DNA of 64,000 nt, from the NCBI GenBank assembly GCA_018334675.1, contig JAGXLL010000007.1, positions 137-64,136 of the forward strand. Reading direction: 5' to 3'. The notes under the pieces are model-generated. The model did not search any database, was not told where the DNA came from, and saw only the letters and a list, made by a program, of their open reading frames with translations. The position numbers were made by a program, and so were the translations under genes. Below, piece by piece: positions 38,801 through 50,006 of the stretch. Within the stretch, counting starts at the first letter, position 1. Each line of letters starts with the position of its first letter. This DNA is from Bacteroidales bacterium. GTDB taxonomy: Bacteria > Bacteroidota > Bacteroidia > Bacteroidales > UBA12077.

Positions 38801-39649
38801 AAGAACCAAGTCATCAAGACTCTACTGCACAACTATAATATCGAACGCCGCGAGATAGAGGCACAGCTGCGTCGTGAGAAGTACAACATCACCATTGGAG
38901 ACGAGCTGCCCACCGGTATCGTGCAAATGGCCAAGGTTTACATTGCCAAGAAACGCAAGATCACCGTGGGTGATAAGCTTGCCGGACGACACGGAAACAA
39001 GGGCATCATCTCCAAGATTGTACGCACCGAAGATATGCCCTTCCTGAAAGACGGAACACCCGTGGATATTGTGCTTAACCCGCTGGGCGTACCCTCCAGG
39101 ATGAACCTCGGACAGATCTATGAATCCGTCCTGGGCTGGGCCGGAGAAAAGCTGGGGCTGAAGTTCTCCACCCCCATCTTTGACGGAGCCACCCTGGATG
39201 AGATCAACAAGTATACCGGGAAGGCAGGCCTGCCGCCCTATGGCAAGACCCACCTGTATGACGGGGGAACAGGCGAACGGTTCGACCAGCCTGCTACCGT
39301 GGGTGTGATCTATATGCTGAAGCTGGGACACATGGTAGAAGACAAGATCCACGCACGGTCCATTGGACCTTACTCACTCATCACGCAACAGCCCCTGGGT
39401 GGTAAAGCCCAGTTCGGCGGACAACGCTTTGGTGAGATGGAGGTATGGGCCCTGGAGGCTTTCGGAGCTTCCAATATCCTGCAGGAGATGTTGACCGTTA
39501 AATCCGACGATGTCAACGGAAGGGCTAAAGCCTATGAGAGTATTGTCAAAGGTGATCCCTTGCCGACTGCCGGTATCCCTGAGTCATTCAACGTGTTGTT
39601 GCATGAATTGAGGGGGCTGGGATTGAGCATTAAGATGATCAACGACTAG
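35831..39649 (+). CDS. rpoB: DNA-directed RNA polymerase subunit beta
   Basis: 1272 aa. ..[26 protein letters not shown].., ..GRHGNKG.., ..[10 protein letters not shown].. motifs. Confidence 0.98.
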   Translation: MTLQTSNQRISFASTKNQLPYPDFLEIQLQSFQNFFQLNTTPEERKQEGLYQVFQENFPITDTRNNFVLEFLDYTVDPPRYNIQECLERGLTYSVPLKAKLKLYCTDPEHEDFDTVIQDVYFGTVPYMTEKGSFVINGAERVVVSQLHRSPGVFFGQSVHANGTKLYSARIIPFRGSWIEFATDVNNVMYAYIDRKKKLPVTTLLRAIGYESDKNILEIFNLADEVKVSKPNLEKVVGRKLAARVLRSWVEDFVDEDTGEVVSIERNEVVIERDTVIEEKHLDQIIDSGTNTILLHREDQTQSDYAIIYNTLQKDPCNSEKEAVLQIYRQLRNAEPPDEATARDVIDKLFFSDQRYDLGEVGRYRLNRKLNLDTSIDTKILTNDDIIEIIKYLIELINSKTNVDDIDHLSNRRVRTVGEQLSNQFGVGLARMARTIRERMNVRDNEVFTPIDLINSKTLSSVINSFFGTNQLSQFMDQTNPLAEMTHKRRMSALGPGGLSRERAGFEVRDVHYTHYGRLCPIETPEGPNIGLISSMCVYAKINNLGFIETPYRKVESGKVNLTRNGSIYLSAEEEEAKMIAQANASINDEGGFQTERVKARHDGDFPYAESSTVDLMDVAPNQIASIAASLIPFLEHNDANRALMGSNMMRQAVPLLKPDSPIVGTGLEKSVAHDSRLQIVAEGDGTIEYVDAREIVVRYEQTEEEKFVRFQGDVKRYPLIKYQKTNQNTSVTLRPIVRKGQQVKEGEILTEGYGTQDGELALGKNLKVAFMPWKGYNFEDAIVISENVVKNDVFTSIHIEEYVMEVRDTKRGLEELTADIPNVSEEATKDLDENGIIRIGAHIKPGDIMIGKITPKGESDPSPEEKLLRAIFGDKAGDVKDASLKASPSLNGIVIDKKLFNRAVKDKKSKGADKEKLESLDQEYGQKVDELTNRLIDKLTVLVNGKTSQGVKDYYNATVVPKGKKFTQKLLQDIDFTTVSPKKWTTDKNKNQVIKTLLHNYNIERREIEAQLRREKYNITIGDELPTGIVQMAKVYIAKKRKITVGDKLAGRHGNKGIISKIVRTEDMPFLKDGTPVDIVLNPLGVPSRMNLGQIYESVLGWAGEKLGLKFSTPIFDGATLDEINKYTGKAGLPPYGKTHLYDGGTGERFDQPATVGVIYMLKLGHMVEDKIHARSIGPYSLITQQPLGGKAQFGGQRFGEMEVWALEAFGASNILQEMLTVKSDDVNGRAKAYESIVKGDPLPTAGIPESFNVLLHELRGLGLSIKMIND

Positions 39650-39715
39650 ATCATCTCTGGCGTGCTCATACGTTATTTATTTGTTTGGTTGTGTTTTTAA
39701 AATCAATTTACGTCT

Positions 39716-42700
39716 ATGTCATTCAGAAGGGATAATAAAGTATCAAGCGATTTTAACAAAGTTGCTGTAGGTCTCGCTTCACCAGAAGAGATATTGGAAC
39801 AATCCCACGGAGAAGTGCTCAAGCCGGAGACGATCAATTACAGGACTTATAAACCCGAGCGGGATGGATTGTTTTGCGAACGGATTTTCGGTCCGGTTAA
39901 GGATTACGAATGTCACTGCGGCAAGTACAAGCGAATCCGCTATAAGGGTATTGTATGCGACCGTTGTGGTGTGGAGGTGACCGAGAAGAAAGTACGGCGT
40001 GAGCGAATGGGGCATATTGCCCTGGTCGTCCCCGTTGCACACATATGGTATTTCCGTTCGCTGCCCAACAAGATCGGGCTGCTGCTGGGACTGCCTACCA
40101 AGAAGCTTGATTCCATCATATACTATGAGCGTTATGTTGTGATCAATCCCGGTATTAAAACCCAGGACGGTATTAAATATCTGGACTTCCTCACCGAGGA
40201 AGAATACCTGGATATACTGGAGTCCTTGCCCAAGGAGAATCAACAGCTCGAGGATTCCGACCCCGAAAAGTTCGTGGCCGATATGGGAGCAGAAGCTTTG
40301 TATAAGCTGCTCTCCCAGATTAACCTGGATGAGCTGTCCTATTTCCTCCGCAACAAAGCCGACAACGAAACATCACAACAAAGGAAGAAGGAAGCCCTCA
40401 AACGGCTTCAGGTGGTGGAAGCTTTCCGCGCTTCAACCGATATCAATCGTCCAGAATGGATGATCACCAAGGTGGTGCCTGTTATTCCGCCTGAGCTGAG
40501 GCCTTTGGTGCCGCTCGACGGAGGACGATTCGCTACCAGCGACCTGAACGATCTGTACAGGAGGGTGATTATCCGGAACAACCGGTTGAAGAGGCTGATC
40601 GAGATTAAAGCCCCTGAAGTCATCCTGCGTAATGAAAAACGTATGCTCCAGGAAGCAGTGGATTCTCTGTTCGATAACTCCCGCAAATCTAATGCGGTGA
40701 AGACCGATTCCAACAGGGCCCTTAAATCACTGAGCGACAGCCTTAAAGGTAAGCAGGGCCGTTTCCGTCAGAACCTGCTGGGTAAGCGGGTTGATTATTC
40801 AGCCCGTTCAGTTATTAGTGTCGGACCGGAGTTGAAGATGCATGAATGCGGTATCCCCAAGGATATGGCTGCCGAGCTCTACAAACCCTTTATCATACGT
40901 AAGCTGATTGAAAGGGGTATTGTGAAAACCGTTAAATCGGCCAAGAAGATCGTTGACCGGAAAGATCCCGTAGTATGGGACATACTGGAAAACGTCATGA
41001 AAGGCCATCCGGTGATGCTCAACCGCGCACCAACACTTCACCGCCTGGGTATACAAGCTTTCCAGCCCAAGCTGATCGAAGGTAAAGCCATTCAGCTTCA
41101 TCCCCTGGTTTGTACACCCTTTAACGCCGACTTCGACGGTGACCAGATGGCCGTTCACCTGCCGCTGGGCAATGCAGCCATCGTGGAGGCACAACTGCTG
41201 ATGCTCTCCACCCATAATGTGTTGAACCCCGCCAACGGCGCTCCCATTACCGTACCTTCACAGGATATGGTGCTGGGTCTTTATTACATCACCAAGGAAC
41301 GCAAAGGCGCCAAAGGAGAAGGCCTGACCTTCTATTCGCCGGAAGAAGCTATCATTGCCTATAATGAAGGTGCCGCCGCTCTTCACGCTAAAGTGAATGT
41401 GCGCGTTGACGATTACGATCAGGAAGGCAATCAGGTGAAAAAGGTCGTGGAAACAACTGTAGGACGAATCATTTTCAACCAATATATCCCCAAAGAATTT
41501 GGTTTTGTCAACAAGCTGCTGACCAAAAAATCCCTGCGGGACCTGATTGGTGAGGTGCTCAAGCGTACCGATGCCAGTCAGATCGCCAAATTTCTCGACG
41601 ACATCAAGGATCTGGGCTTCAATACTGCCTTCCGGGGTGGATTGTCCTTTAACCTGGATGACATCATCATACCCCAGGAGAAAGAAGAATTGGTACCCTC
41701 CGGTTACGAACAGGTGGATGAGGTGATGAACAACTACAACATGGGATTCATCACCAATAAGGAACGCTATAACCAGATCATCGACATCTGGACTCATACC
41801 AATGCCAACCTGACCCAGATACTGATGAAACAACTCAGTACCGACAACCAGGGTTTCAATTCGGTATTCATGATGTTGGACTCCGGTGCCCGGGGCTCCA
41901 AAGAGCAGATCCGTCAGCTCTCGGGAATGAGGGGACTGATGGCCAAGCCGCAGAAATCCGGTACCTCCGGATCCGAGATTATCGAGAACCCGATCCTCTC
42001 TAATTTTAAGGAGGGACTCAGTGTACTGGAATATTTCATCTCCACACACGGTGCCCGTAAAGGACTGGCCGACACCGCCCTGAAGACTGCCGACGCCGGT
42101 TATCTGACCCGCCGTCTGGTGGATGTCTCCCAGGATGTGATCGTGCGTGAAGAAGACTGTGGTACCTTGCGCGGACTGGTCGTTGGACCGATCACCAAAA
42201 ACGAAGAGGTGATCGAGACCCTCGGGGAAAGGATCCTGGGCCGTATTGCCGTTCACGACATTTATCACCCCTTCTCGGGTGAGTTGATTATTGAAGCCGG
42301 TAATATGATCACCGAGGAGATTGCCCATCACATAGAGGAATCCCCGCTGGAGCAGATTGAGATACGCTCGGTACTTACTTGTGAGACCAAGGACGGAGTA
42401 TGCTCCAAGTGCTACGGACGTAACCTGGCCACCGGCAAGCTGGTGGAAAAAGGCGAGTCGGTTGGGGTCATCGCTGCCCAGTCCATTGGAGAGCCAGGTA
42501 CCCAGCTTACTTTGAGAACTTTCCACGTGGGTGGTACCGCCTCCAACATCGCAGCCAACTCCAGCATTACCTCCAAATACGACGGTTACCTGGAGATCGA
42601 CGAGCTCCGTACGGTCCAGAAAATCGAAGAGGACGGCAAGAAAGTGGATATTGTCATCGGCCGGCTGGCTGAGTTGAGGATCGTGGACAAAAACACCAAT

Positions 42701-43996
42701 ATTGTCCTTACTACCAACAACATACCTTATGGCTCACGTCTCTATTTCAACAGCGGCGATGAAGTCAAGAATGGCGATGTGATCTGCGAATGGGATCCCT
42801 ACAACGCGGTGATCATCTCCGAAGCAGAAGGCAGGGTAAAGTTCAAGAATGTGATCCCCGGCATTACCTACAAGGAGGAATCCGATGAACAAACCGGATT
42901 CAAGGAGAAGGTGATCATTGAAACCAAGGATAAGAAAAAGAACCCTGAAATACATATTGTCGATGACCAGGACAATGTGCTGAAGACCTACAACCTGCCT
43001 GTAGGTGCCCATGTGGTAGCACAGGAAGACGATAAGGTCAAGACCGGCGACATCCTGGTGAAGATACCGAGAACCGTCGGAAAATCAGGCGACATAACAG
43101 GGGGTCTGCCCCGGGTTACCGAGCTGTTTGAGGCCCGTAACCCCTCGAACCCCGCTGTGGTATCCGAGATCGATGGAGAAGTCTCCTTCGGCAAGATCAA
43201 ACGGGGTAACCGGGAGATCATCATACAGTCCAAGACTGGAGAACTCAAGAAGTACCTGGTATCGCTTTCCAAGCAGATCCTGGTTCAGGAGAACGATTAC
43301 GTCAAGGCCGGCACACCCCTGTCCGACGGTGCCATCACACCTTCCGACATTCTCTCCATCAAAGGACCAACCAAGGTTCAGGAGTACATTGTCAATGAGG
43401 TGCAGGAGGTATACCGTCTGCAGGGCGTGAAGATCAACGACAAGCACTTCGAGATCATCGTACGTCAGATGATGCGTAAAGTGCTCATTGAAGACCCCGG
43501 TGATACCAAGTTCCTCGAGAACCAGATTGCCGATAAGTTTGAGTTCCAGGAAGAAAACGACTGGATCTACGACAAGAAGGTGATCATCGATGCCGGCGAT
43601 TCGGGAAATCTGCGCTCCGGCCAGATCACCACTACCCGAAAGCTCAGGGATGAAAACTCCATGCTCAAACGCAAGGACAACAAACCCGTTCAGGCCAGAG
43701 ATGCCGTTCCGGCTACATCGAGCCAGAAGCTTCAGGGAATCACCCGGGCTGCACTGCAGACCAAGAGCTTCCTCTCTGCAGCATCATTCCAGGAAACCAC
43801 ACGTGTGCTGAATGAGGCTGCCATCCGCGGCAAGGAAGATCCTCTGATCGGGCTGAAGGAAAATGTGATCGTCGGTCACAAGATCCCTGCCGGTACCGGC
43901 AACAGAGACTTCGACAACATCATTGTCGGTTCAATGGATGATTATGAACAAATGACCAGGAGCGAAAAGGCGAAACAGGAAGCCGATTCCAAATAA
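39716..43996 (+). CDS. rpoC: DNA-directed RNA polymerase subunit beta'
   Basis: 1426 aa. Zn finger [15 protein letters not shown], catalytic [12 protein letters not shown], ..[14 protein letters not shown].. Confidence 0.98.
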   Translation: MSFRRDNKVSSDFNKVAVGLASPEEILEQSHGEVLKPETINYRTYKPERDGLFCERIFGPVKDYECHCGKYKRIRYKGIVCDRCGVEVTEKKVRRERMGHIALVVPVAHIWYFRSLPNKIGLLLGLPTKKLDSIIYYERYVVINPGIKTQDGIKYLDFLTEEEYLDILESLPKENQQLEDSDPEKFVADMGAEALYKLLSQINLDELSYFLRNKADNETSQQRKKEALKRLQVVEAFRASTDINRPEWMITKVVPVIPPELRPLVPLDGGRFATSDLNDLYRRVIIRNNRLKRLIEIKAPEVILRNEKRMLQEAVDSLFDNSRKSNAVKTDSNRALKSLSDSLKGKQGRFRQNLLGKRVDYSARSVISVGPELKMHECGIPKDMAAELYKPFIIRKLIERGIVKTVKSAKKIVDRKDPVVWDILENVMKGHPVMLNRAPTLHRLGIQAFQPKLIEGKAIQLHPLVCTPFNADFDGDQMAVHLPLGNAAIVEAQLLMLSTHNVLNPANGAPITVPSQDMVLGLYYITKERKGAKGEGLTFYSPEEAIIAYNEGAAALHAKVNVRVDDYDQEGNQVKKVVETTVGRIIFNQYIPKEFGFVNKLLTKKSLRDLIGEVLKRTDASQIAKFLDDIKDLGFNTAFRGGLSFNLDDIIIPQEKEELVPSGYEQVDEVMNNYNMGFITNKERYNQIIDIWTHTNANLTQILMKQLSTDNQGFNSVFMMLDSGARGSKEQIRQLSGMRGLMAKPQKSGTSGSEIIENPILSNFKEGLSVLEYFISTHGARKGLADTALKTADAGYLTRRLVDVSQDVIVREEDCGTLRGLVVGPITKNEEVIETLGERILGRIAVHDIYHPFSGELIIEAGNMITEEIAHHIEESPLEQIEIRSVLTCETKDGVCSKCYGRNLATGKLVEKGESVGVIAAQSIGEPGTQLTLRTFHVGGTASNIAANSSITSKYDGYLEIDELRTVQKIEEDGKKVDIVIGRLAELRIVDKNTNIVLTTNNIPYGSRLYFNSGDEVKNGDVICEWDPYNAVIISEAEGRVKFKNVIPGITYKEESDEQTGFKEKVIIETKDKKKNPEIHIVDDQDNVLKTYNLPVGAHVVAQEDDKVKTGDILVKIPRTVGKSGDITGGLPRVTELFEARNPSNPAVVSEIDGEVSFGKIKRGNREIIIQSKTGELKKYLVSLSKQILVQENDYVKAGTPLSDGAITPSDILSIKGPTKVQEYIVNEVQEVYRLQGVKINDKHFEIIVRQMMRKVLIEDPGDTKFLENQIADKFEFQEENDWIYDKKVIIDAGDSGNLRSGQITTTRKLRDENSMLKRKDNKPVQARDAVPATSSQKLQGITRAALQTKSFLSAASFQETTRVLNEAAIRGKEDPLIGLKENVIVGHKIPAGTGNRDFDNIIVGSMDDYEQMTRSEKAKQEADSK

Positions 43997-44008
43997 AAGC
44001 CAACGGTT

Positions 44009-44353
44009 ATGAGCGATCATCAACAGGGAAACAACGACGATCCCAATAAGAAGAACCAACTCAACATCAACCTGAGTGAGGAAGTGGCCCAGGGCATCTA
44101 TTCCAACCTGGCAGTGATCAATCACTCCAGCTCGGAATTTATACTCGACTATATCCGGGTGATGCCCGGTGTGCCACAAGCCGAAGTGAAAACCCGCGTG
44201 ATCATGACCCCGGAGCATGCCAAACGGTTTCTCAATGCCTTGCAGGATAATATTGAGAAATACGAGAAGGCTTACGGGGAGATTGAAGTCAAGAAGCAGG
44301 GAAAGGGACCGGATATGCCCATGAACTTCGGCGGACCTACTGCGCAGGCGTGA
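44009..44353 (+). CDS. DUF3467 domain protein (conserved rpoC-downstream gene of Bacteroidota)
   Basis: 114 aa: INLSEEVAQGIYSNLAVINHSSSEFILDYIRVMPGVPQAEVKTRVIMTPEHAKRFLNALQDNIEKYE matches my recollection of DUF3467. Starts 12 nt after the rpoC stop. Confidence 0.8.
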   Translation: MSDHQQGNNDDPNKKNQLNINLSEEVAQGIYSNLAVINHSSSEFILDYIRVMPGVPQAEVKTRVIMTPEHAKRFLNALQDNIEKYEKAYGEIEVKKQGKGPDMPMNFGGPTAQA

Positions 44354-44520
44354 TTTGTCCCTTGCTCTGAAGTTCAGGGTATGAAAATAGGCGAAGGCGG
44401 AGGAAGAATTGTCGAATTCTTGGGTTGTTGAATTGTTGAATAGAAGTCAATATTTGAAGCTCATTGAACAAAGCATTTGTTAAGCGCATAATGAGATCCC
44501 CAGAAAAGAGATCCTTAGAA

Positions 44521-44566
44521 AAATCAAAAAGAGGCTGTACCTTCGGAGCAGTCTCTTTTTGATTTC
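44521..44566. terminator. Bidirectional terminator between DUF3467 gene and 5'-nucleotidase gene
   Basis: AAATCAAAAAGAGGCTG ..loop.. CAGTCTCTTTTTGATTT. A 17-bp stem (one G-U) whose arms themselves supply A/T tracts for both strands. Confidence 0.7.
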
Positions 44567-44688
44567 TTGCTTATGTCTTATTTTTTGAGAGGTATCGATT
44601 CCCCTTGCCGAAAAAACTCCTTTTCCATTCGCTCATATGATATTTTCTTTGACTTGGCAAGGGAGGCTGGATTTGTATTTCCACTTGT

Positions 44689-46134
44689 TCAATCCATTTG
44701 CTCGACAAATACCCGTTTTACCCCTGCATAGTCGAGGGTTCCTTCCTGTTCGACATAGTCAATTAAGTTTTGTGCCGTGGTCACGTAAAGGGATTTACCT
44801 TCATCGCTGTGGTCAAAATGGTATGATGAGGCGATGTAACTGTTGAGCCCCACTTTATAAGTGGTACCCGGCTCCAACTCATTACCCTGGTTGTCGCGCA
44901 GGGCTACCTCCTGAACTTCGTTATCCTGGTTGATGCGCAGGGTATATTGACCCCCTGAGATTTGCAGGTCCACATGGCCATGGTCGGAGGCATTTTTGAT
45001 CAGGGATTTGATCTCATCAGGGGTCATCGCATATTCTATCAATTCATTGCCGAAAGGGTCCAGTTCATAGATGGTTTTTACCCGGATGGGCCCCTGCGGT
45101 ATTTCGGTTATTCGAATGCCTCCGTTGTTCTGGAAAGCAAAATCCAGGTTGTGCATCTCACGCTGGGCATCTGTGAAAAGGGATCCCAACTCATCCTTTC
45201 CCCTGAGGGGGGAGGCAGCCTCGCCGATCACCTGGTTCAGGGCTTCATTATTCTGATAATCCTTGACCAGGGAGTCCAGAGCCTGATCGGATGAATCATA
45301 TTCCTCCAGCGATACCATATCGGAGGTACGATTGGTGAGTTCCCCCTCACGGAAGGTAAGGGTTACCTTGCCCACGAATTGCATATCATCACCGGCCTGA
45401 CTGAGCAGTACGTTATTGATCAGCTGGGGGGTATCCACCAGCGTATGGGAATGGCCGCCTAAAATGGCATCGAACTGCGGGTAGGTGTGGGCCAGCTTCT
45501 TATCTGTTTCATACCCCAGATGGGTGAGCCCGATGAAGGCATCATAGTTGTTTTTCCTGCCCGTGAATTTTCCGGCGGATTCGACGGGATCCGAGAAGGC
45601 TATGCCTTTTACTTTATCGGGATGGGTGGAGGGTACCCCATTGTTGCCCAATTCGATTAATCCAAGAAAAAGCAGTTTGTAGCCGCCCTCCTCCAGCACA
45701 GCATATGGTTGGGGCTGGGTTAAAACGGCATTGTGGGTATCCATATTGGCGCATATGAATGGGAACTCAGCTTGTTCCATGCGTTTGTTGAAGATCTCCT
45801 GTCCATAGTCAAACTCATGGTTGCCCACTGTAGAGATGCGGTACCCCACGCGGTTCATCAGGTCCACCATGGGATATCCTTTCTCCCCATAGAAATCCAC
45901 CACCGGATTTCCGCTGAAGATATCCCCGGCGCTGACCAATAGCACGTGATCGTATTGCTGCTCTATTTGCTTTTTATATGCAGCCAGCCTGGGAAAATAC
46001 TCCAGGGAAGCATGCACGTCGTTCGTATGGAGGATCACCATATCGGTTGATTCATCCTGATCTGCTTCTTCCGGCGAGCAGGAAAAGAGACCCAGGGCTA
46101 ATAAAGCCAGCAGCAGGGTTTTGGTAAGTTTCAT
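44689..46134 (-). CDS. Lipoprotein bifunctional metallophosphatase/5'-nucleotidase (UshA family)
   Basis: 481 aa. Lipobox LALGLFSC|S. Metallophosphatase motifs HTNDVH, GDIFSG, GNHEFD, GLTHLG, GGHSH. C-terminal 5'-nucleotidase substrate domain. Confidence 0.9.
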   Translation of the reverse strand: MKLTKTLLLALLALGLFSCSPEEADQDESTDMVILHTNDVHASLEYFPRLAAYKKQIEQQYDHVLLVSAGDIFSGNPVVDFYGEKGYPMVDLMNRVGYRISTVGNHEFDYGQEIFNKRMEQAEFPFICANMDTHNAVLTQPQPYAVLEEGGYKLLFLGLIELGNNGVPSTHPDKVKGIAFSDPVESAGKFTGRKNNYDAFIGLTHLGYETDKKLAHTYPQFDAILGGHSHTLVDTPQLINNVLLSQAGDDMQFVGKVTLTFREGELTNRTSDMVSLEEYDSSDQALDSLVKDYQNNEALNQVIGEAASPLRGKDELGSLFTDAQREMHNLDFAFQNNGGIRITEIPQGPIRVKTIYELDPFGNELIEYAMTPDEIKSLIKNASDHGHVDLQISGGQYTLRINQDNEVQEVALRDNQGNELEPGTTYKVGLNSYIASSYHFDHSDEGKSLYVTTAQNLIDYVEQEGTLDYAGVKRVFVEQMD

Positions 46135-46135
46135 A

Positions 46136-46339
46136 TTATGTGCTTTTGGGTTTTACATACAATACATCATGCTCAGAAAGCCTTCCGGTGATTCTGAGCT
46201 CGTTGCCATCGCTGTCGGTAACGATGTATGGCCCCTCGGGCATTTCCGCTCCATGTTCCAAAGCGTACTTCTGCAGGGCCTCCTTGACCCTTGCTCCTTT
46301 AAACAGGTGGATGGTACGATTGTTTATGATCACCTTCAT
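46136..46339 (-). CDS. Hypothetical 67-aa protein, translationally coupled to the 5'-nucleotidase gene
   Basis: ATG-to-stop ORF whose stop (46136-46138) is 1 nt from the nucleotidase ATG (46134). No family recognised. Confidence 0.45.
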   Translation of the reverse strand: MKVIINNRTIHLFKGARVKEALQKYALEHGAEMPEGPYIVTDSDGNELRITGRLSEHDVLYVKPKST

Positions 46340-46447
46340 AATGCAGCTAAAGGGTTTGAAACCCTCTAAATTAGTATTTTTTTCGTCCCCCGATCTTTAA
46401 TTTTTCTTGTTTCTGAGAATTCTTCTTCCTGTGAGCTCCGACGGCTC

Positions 46448-46693
46448 TTGTGCATTGATGTTCAACTTTTTTATCAGGTGATCGTGCTCCATGAAAACCG
46501 GGGTTTAACAAACAGGGTGCGCAGTTTCTCAGCGCTCATGAAAGAGGCAGGCAAAACATACCGCTATGAGATCTATACTGGTGCGGGTAACGCTTATATG
46601 CGACGTGGAGCCGAACCGGAAGGCTCAGAGGAAAATAAGAAGGCACGGGAAAACTCCTGTGAGCGTATGCTCAAGATCCTTGAATCCCGCTAG
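46448..46693 (+). pseudogene. Dienelactone hydrolase-like remnant (internal deletion, catalytic His lost)
   Basis: VIVLHENRGLTN resembles the N-terminal (v)vv(i)hE.(w)Gl motif. It is fused directly to a C-terminal-like ..EAGKTYRYEIYTGAGNAYMRRG...ARENSCERMLKIL. The expected ~150-aa core is missing, and H-A-F reads N-A-Y. Confidence 0.5.
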
Positions 46694-46801
46694 AAGCATT
46701 GCCCAATCCTGTGCCAGCTTATGAATGCATGTTGGCTGGCTGTTCTGTTAAAAAGATTGTATATTTAAGGCTTGAATATTTTTTAGGAGTCAATCATTTT
46801 T

Positions 46802-47119
46802 ATGAAGCACACAAAAAGTCGACTGGTATGGTTTTTGTTTTTTGCCTGGGTACTTCTGTTGCCGATGCATGCAGGGTGCCAGGACCAGAATGGCCCTTAT
46901 AAAGGTTTAAAAAACAGAGATATGATTCAGATATTGAAAGATTTTCCCCACAAGGCCAATCGTTGGAATGTTCCGGCAGAGGATGGCAGATTGCTTTATG
47001 ACTTGATTCTTAGCCATAACTATAAAGAGGTAGTGGAAGTAGGTGAAACGAATATTCATCGTGACAGCCGCCAGGGATTGATGGTGGCTTACAAACGCGA
47101 TAATGCGGAGGACCAATGA
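46802..47119 (+). CDS. Small secreted hypothetical protein, possibly a truncated class I SAM-dependent O-methyltransferase
   Basis: 105 aa. Signal peptide RLVWFLFFAWVLLLPMHAGC. NVPAEDGRLLYDLILSHNYKEVVEVGE.. resembles the region leading into the E-x-G-T SAM motif, and the similarity then stops. The stop overlaps the permease ATG (ATGA). Confidence 0.35.
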   Translation: MKHTKSRLVWFLFFAWVLLLPMHAGCQDQNGPYKGLKNRDMIQILKDFPHKANRWNVPAEDGRLLYDLILSHNYKEVVEVGETNIHRDSRQGLMVAYKRDNAEDQ

Positions 47120-48507
47120 GTGATGCCTCCCGCAATGGATTGATCCGCAGATTGGGCCTTTTTTCCGTGGTGGCTATTATCGTGGCCGATATGGTTGGCA
47201 CCGGCATTTTCACCACCAGTGGTTTGCTCATGGAAAACCTGCGCAGCCCCGTTATGATGGTGGTGCTGTGGAGTATTGGTGGTTTTATTGCCCTTAGCGG
47301 TGCCTTTTGTTATGCCGAGTTGAGTGCTGCCATGCCTTATGCCGGCGGCGAATATTATTTCCTTTCCCGTCTTTTTCATCCCCTGCCTGGATTTCTCAGT
47401 GGATGGGTCTCATTTATTGTCGGTTTTTCAGCTCCTGTAGCCGCGGCTTCCATAGGTATGAGCGAATACCTCCTCCAGGCTTTTCCCCAATGGGTGCCGG
47501 ATCATTTGGTGGTGGGAATACCCGGGGAGCTGTTTGCAAGAAAAGGCTACGCCGTGGGCATCATTCTGGTATTTACCCTGTTGCACATCCAGGGGCTGAA
47601 ATTGGGCGCCCACGTGCATAATGTGCTTACCATCATTAAGCTGGCCCTGATCCTGGGAATGATCATCCTGGGCTTTTCATCCGGAGAAGGATCTTTTGAA
47701 CATTTCAGCCAGAACACACCGGCGGATTATAGCTTTGGCGGATTCAAGAATATGGGTTTGTCCGTGATGTGGATCCTTTTTGCCTATAGCGGATGGAATG
47801 CAGCTGCCTACATTGGTTCGGAAGTGAAAAACCCATCCAGGAACCTGCCTGCAGCCCTGATTCTGGGTACAGGGATCGTGATCATGCTGTATATGCTTTT
47901 GAATGTTTTCTTCATTTATGCCATCCCTCCGGGTGACATGGAGGGTGTAATATCGGTAGGAGGGCTGGCCATCCGGAATCTTTTCGGAGATACCTACGGA
48001 CGCATCTTTTCCCTTTTAATAGCAGTAGCCCTGTTCTCTTCCGTGAGTGCTTTGATTATCCTGGGCCCCAGGATTTATTACGCCATGGCCCGGCAGGGGC
48101 ATTTTTTCCGTTTCGCCGGCCGCATTCACCCACGTACCGGCATTCCTTATCTCTCAGTGATCATCCAGGGTGGAGTAGCCATCGTCATCGTTTTTGCAGG
48201 TGCATTCAATGAAATACTTACCTATATGGGCTTTGCATTGGGTATCTTTCCCATATTAGCTGTATATGGCATCTTTGTCCTGCACAGAAAGGGACTGAGC
48301 TCCTATCGCGCTCCCGGCCATCCCTTCTTTCCCTTATTCTTCATGATATCCAACCTGGCCATTTTGGTGCTGGGATATGCCGAGCGGCCGGTAGAATCAT
48401 CCATAGCCCTGGGCACGATTTTAATCGGAATTCCCCTCTACTATATTTTTAAGAAGGTTTCATCTGCCAGAGGTGTTTCCGGATCACCCCATCCCGATCA
48501 CAAATGA
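47116..48507 (+). CDS. APC superfamily amino acid permease
   Basis: 463 aa, 12 predicted TM helices. N-terminus LGLFSVVAIIVADMVGTGIFTTSG and ..FAYSGWNAAAYIGSEVKNP.. Confidence 0.88.
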   Translation: MSDASRNGLIRRLGLFSVVAIIVADMVGTGIFTTSGLLMENLRSPVMMVVLWSIGGFIALSGAFCYAELSAAMPYAGGEYYFLSRLFHPLPGFLSGWVSFIVGFSAPVAAASIGMSEYLLQAFPQWVPDHLVVGIPGELFARKGYAVGIILVFTLLHIQGLKLGAHVHNVLTIIKLALILGMIILGFSSGEGSFEHFSQNTPADYSFGGFKNMGLSVMWILFAYSGWNAAAYIGSEVKNPSRNLPAALILGTGIVIMLYMLLNVFFIYAIPPGDMEGVISVGGLAIRNLFGDTYGRIFSLLIAVALFSSVSALIILGPRIYYAMARQGHFFRFAGRIHPRTGIPYLSVIIQGGVAIVIVFAGAFNEILTYMGFALGIFPILAVYGIFVLHRKGLSSYRAPGHPFFPLFFMISNLAILVLGYAERPVESSIALGTILIGIPLYYIFKKVSSARGVSGSPHPDHK

Positions 48508-48563
48508 AAATGAGCCATGAATGATCCAGGTGGAATTATGTCGAACCATTTAATATCTATACC

Positions 48564-50006
48564 ATGCAGTTCTATAAGATGTTTTTATCGGCCCTGATTG
48601 TTTTAATCGCAGAAATGGTAGTTCCCGGTTTGTTGAGTGCCCAGCCTGACAGCCCGGAGGTTTACCGGCTCAGGAGGGAGAAGCTTTTAAGCCGGATGGA
48701 CACAGGCATGGCAATATTCAAAGGTAGTTCGGACAATTTCTATTATCTCACCGGCTACCGGCGCCCTGATGCTGCCATGGCTCTGATGACGGGACAACGC
48801 CACGAGTTTAATATGTTCCTTCCCGCAGCCAGCCCGCTGGGGGATGTCTATACAGGCCACCAGTATGGACCTGAAGATGCCGTTCGCCTCTATGGTGCTG
48901 ACACCGCTTACACCCTTTCTGCCTTCGATGCTTTTGTCCACCGGCATCTGCAGAAAGACGGGGTTTTGTATGCAGATATGGGAGAGAGAGACATGCAGGA
49001 GCTGCTTTCACAGATGATGCGTCAGGGGAGGTTGAATGGGTTGCAGGCGGTTCGAAACATCAGCCAGCTGATCGATGGGATGCGCCTGATCAAAGATGGG
49101 CATGAAGTTCAGAAACTCCAAAAAGCCATTGACATCACCGGTCTTTCCTTTCAGAAAGCTATGGCTATAACCCAACCCGGATTATATGAATATGAGGTAG
49201 AGGCGGCCGTTGAATATGTATTTCGGAAGAATGGGGCCCGGCAACCCGGTTTTGAAAGCATAGTGGCTTCGGGCAGCAACGCAACCATATTGCATTATCA
49301 TCACAACAATGAACGCATGCATAAGGGCGAGCTCCTGTTGATGGACATCGGGGCCGAATATGAACGGTATACCGCTGATATAACAAGAACCATTCCGGTA
49401 AGCGGTACTTTTTCCAGGGAGCAGGCTCAGTTATACCGGCTGGTTCACGAAGCCCTGCGCAAGGGGACTCAGGAGATGGTTCCCGGCAAAGGCATCTACG
49501 AGGCTCATCACAGAGCCACCGACATCATCATTCGCGGGCTCTACCAGCTTGGCCTGGTTACCGATACCAGCAGCCCGTGGCAGCGGAAATTCTATACGCT
49601 TTATCCGATCGGTCATTGGCTTGGCCTTGATGTGCATGATGTAGGTTATTATGGTGAAAACAACATCCATGATAACCGGGGGGAGATGGTGAACAAAAAT
49701 GTCCTGGGTACGGTGCTGCGCCCGGGCATGGTTGTGACCATCGAACCGGGTATCTATATGCGGGAGAATGTGCTGGATAAACTACAATACCTCTTTCCTG
49801 AGGTGCCACAGGCGGAGCTCAATGCCTTTGCGGAAACGGTTAAGCCGGCTTATAAACGGTATGCCGGTATTGGCATCCGCATCGAGGACGATGTGCTGAT
49901 CACTTCGGGGGGAAATGAAGTGCTGTCCGGCGAGATACCCAAAAGCATAGAGGCCATTGAGCAAGGCATTGGTGAGGTTCATGATCAGCCCTCCCTCTTC
50001 CACTAA
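48564..50006 (+). CDS. pepP: Xaa-Pro aminopeptidase (M24B, aminopeptidase P family), secreted
   Basis: 480 aa. Signal peptide. AMP_N-like N-domain. Metal ligand motifs LLLMDIGAEYERYTADITRT, GHWLGLDVHD, VVTIEPGIY, GIRIEDDVLIT. Confidence 0.9.
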   Translation: MQFYKMFLSALIVLIAEMVVPGLLSAQPDSPEVYRLRREKLLSRMDTGMAIFKGSSDNFYYLTGYRRPDAAMALMTGQRHEFNMFLPAASPLGDVYTGHQYGPEDAVRLYGADTAYTLSAFDAFVHRHLQKDGVLYADMGERDMQELLSQMMRQGRLNGLQAVRNISQLIDGMRLIKDGHEVQKLQKAIDITGLSFQKAMAITQPGLYEYEVEAAVEYVFRKNGARQPGFESIVASGSNATILHYHHNNERMHKGELLLMDIGAEYERYTADITRTIPVSGTFSREQAQLYRLVHEALRKGTQEMVPGKGIYEAHHRATDIIIRGLYQLGLVTDTSSPWQRKFYTLYPIGHWLGLDVHDVGYYGENNIHDNRGEMVNKNVLGTVLRPGMVVTIEPGIYMRENVLDKLQYLFPEVPQAELNAFAETVKPAYKRYAGIGIRIEDDVLITSGGNEVLSGEIPKSIEAIEQGIGEVHDQPSLFH

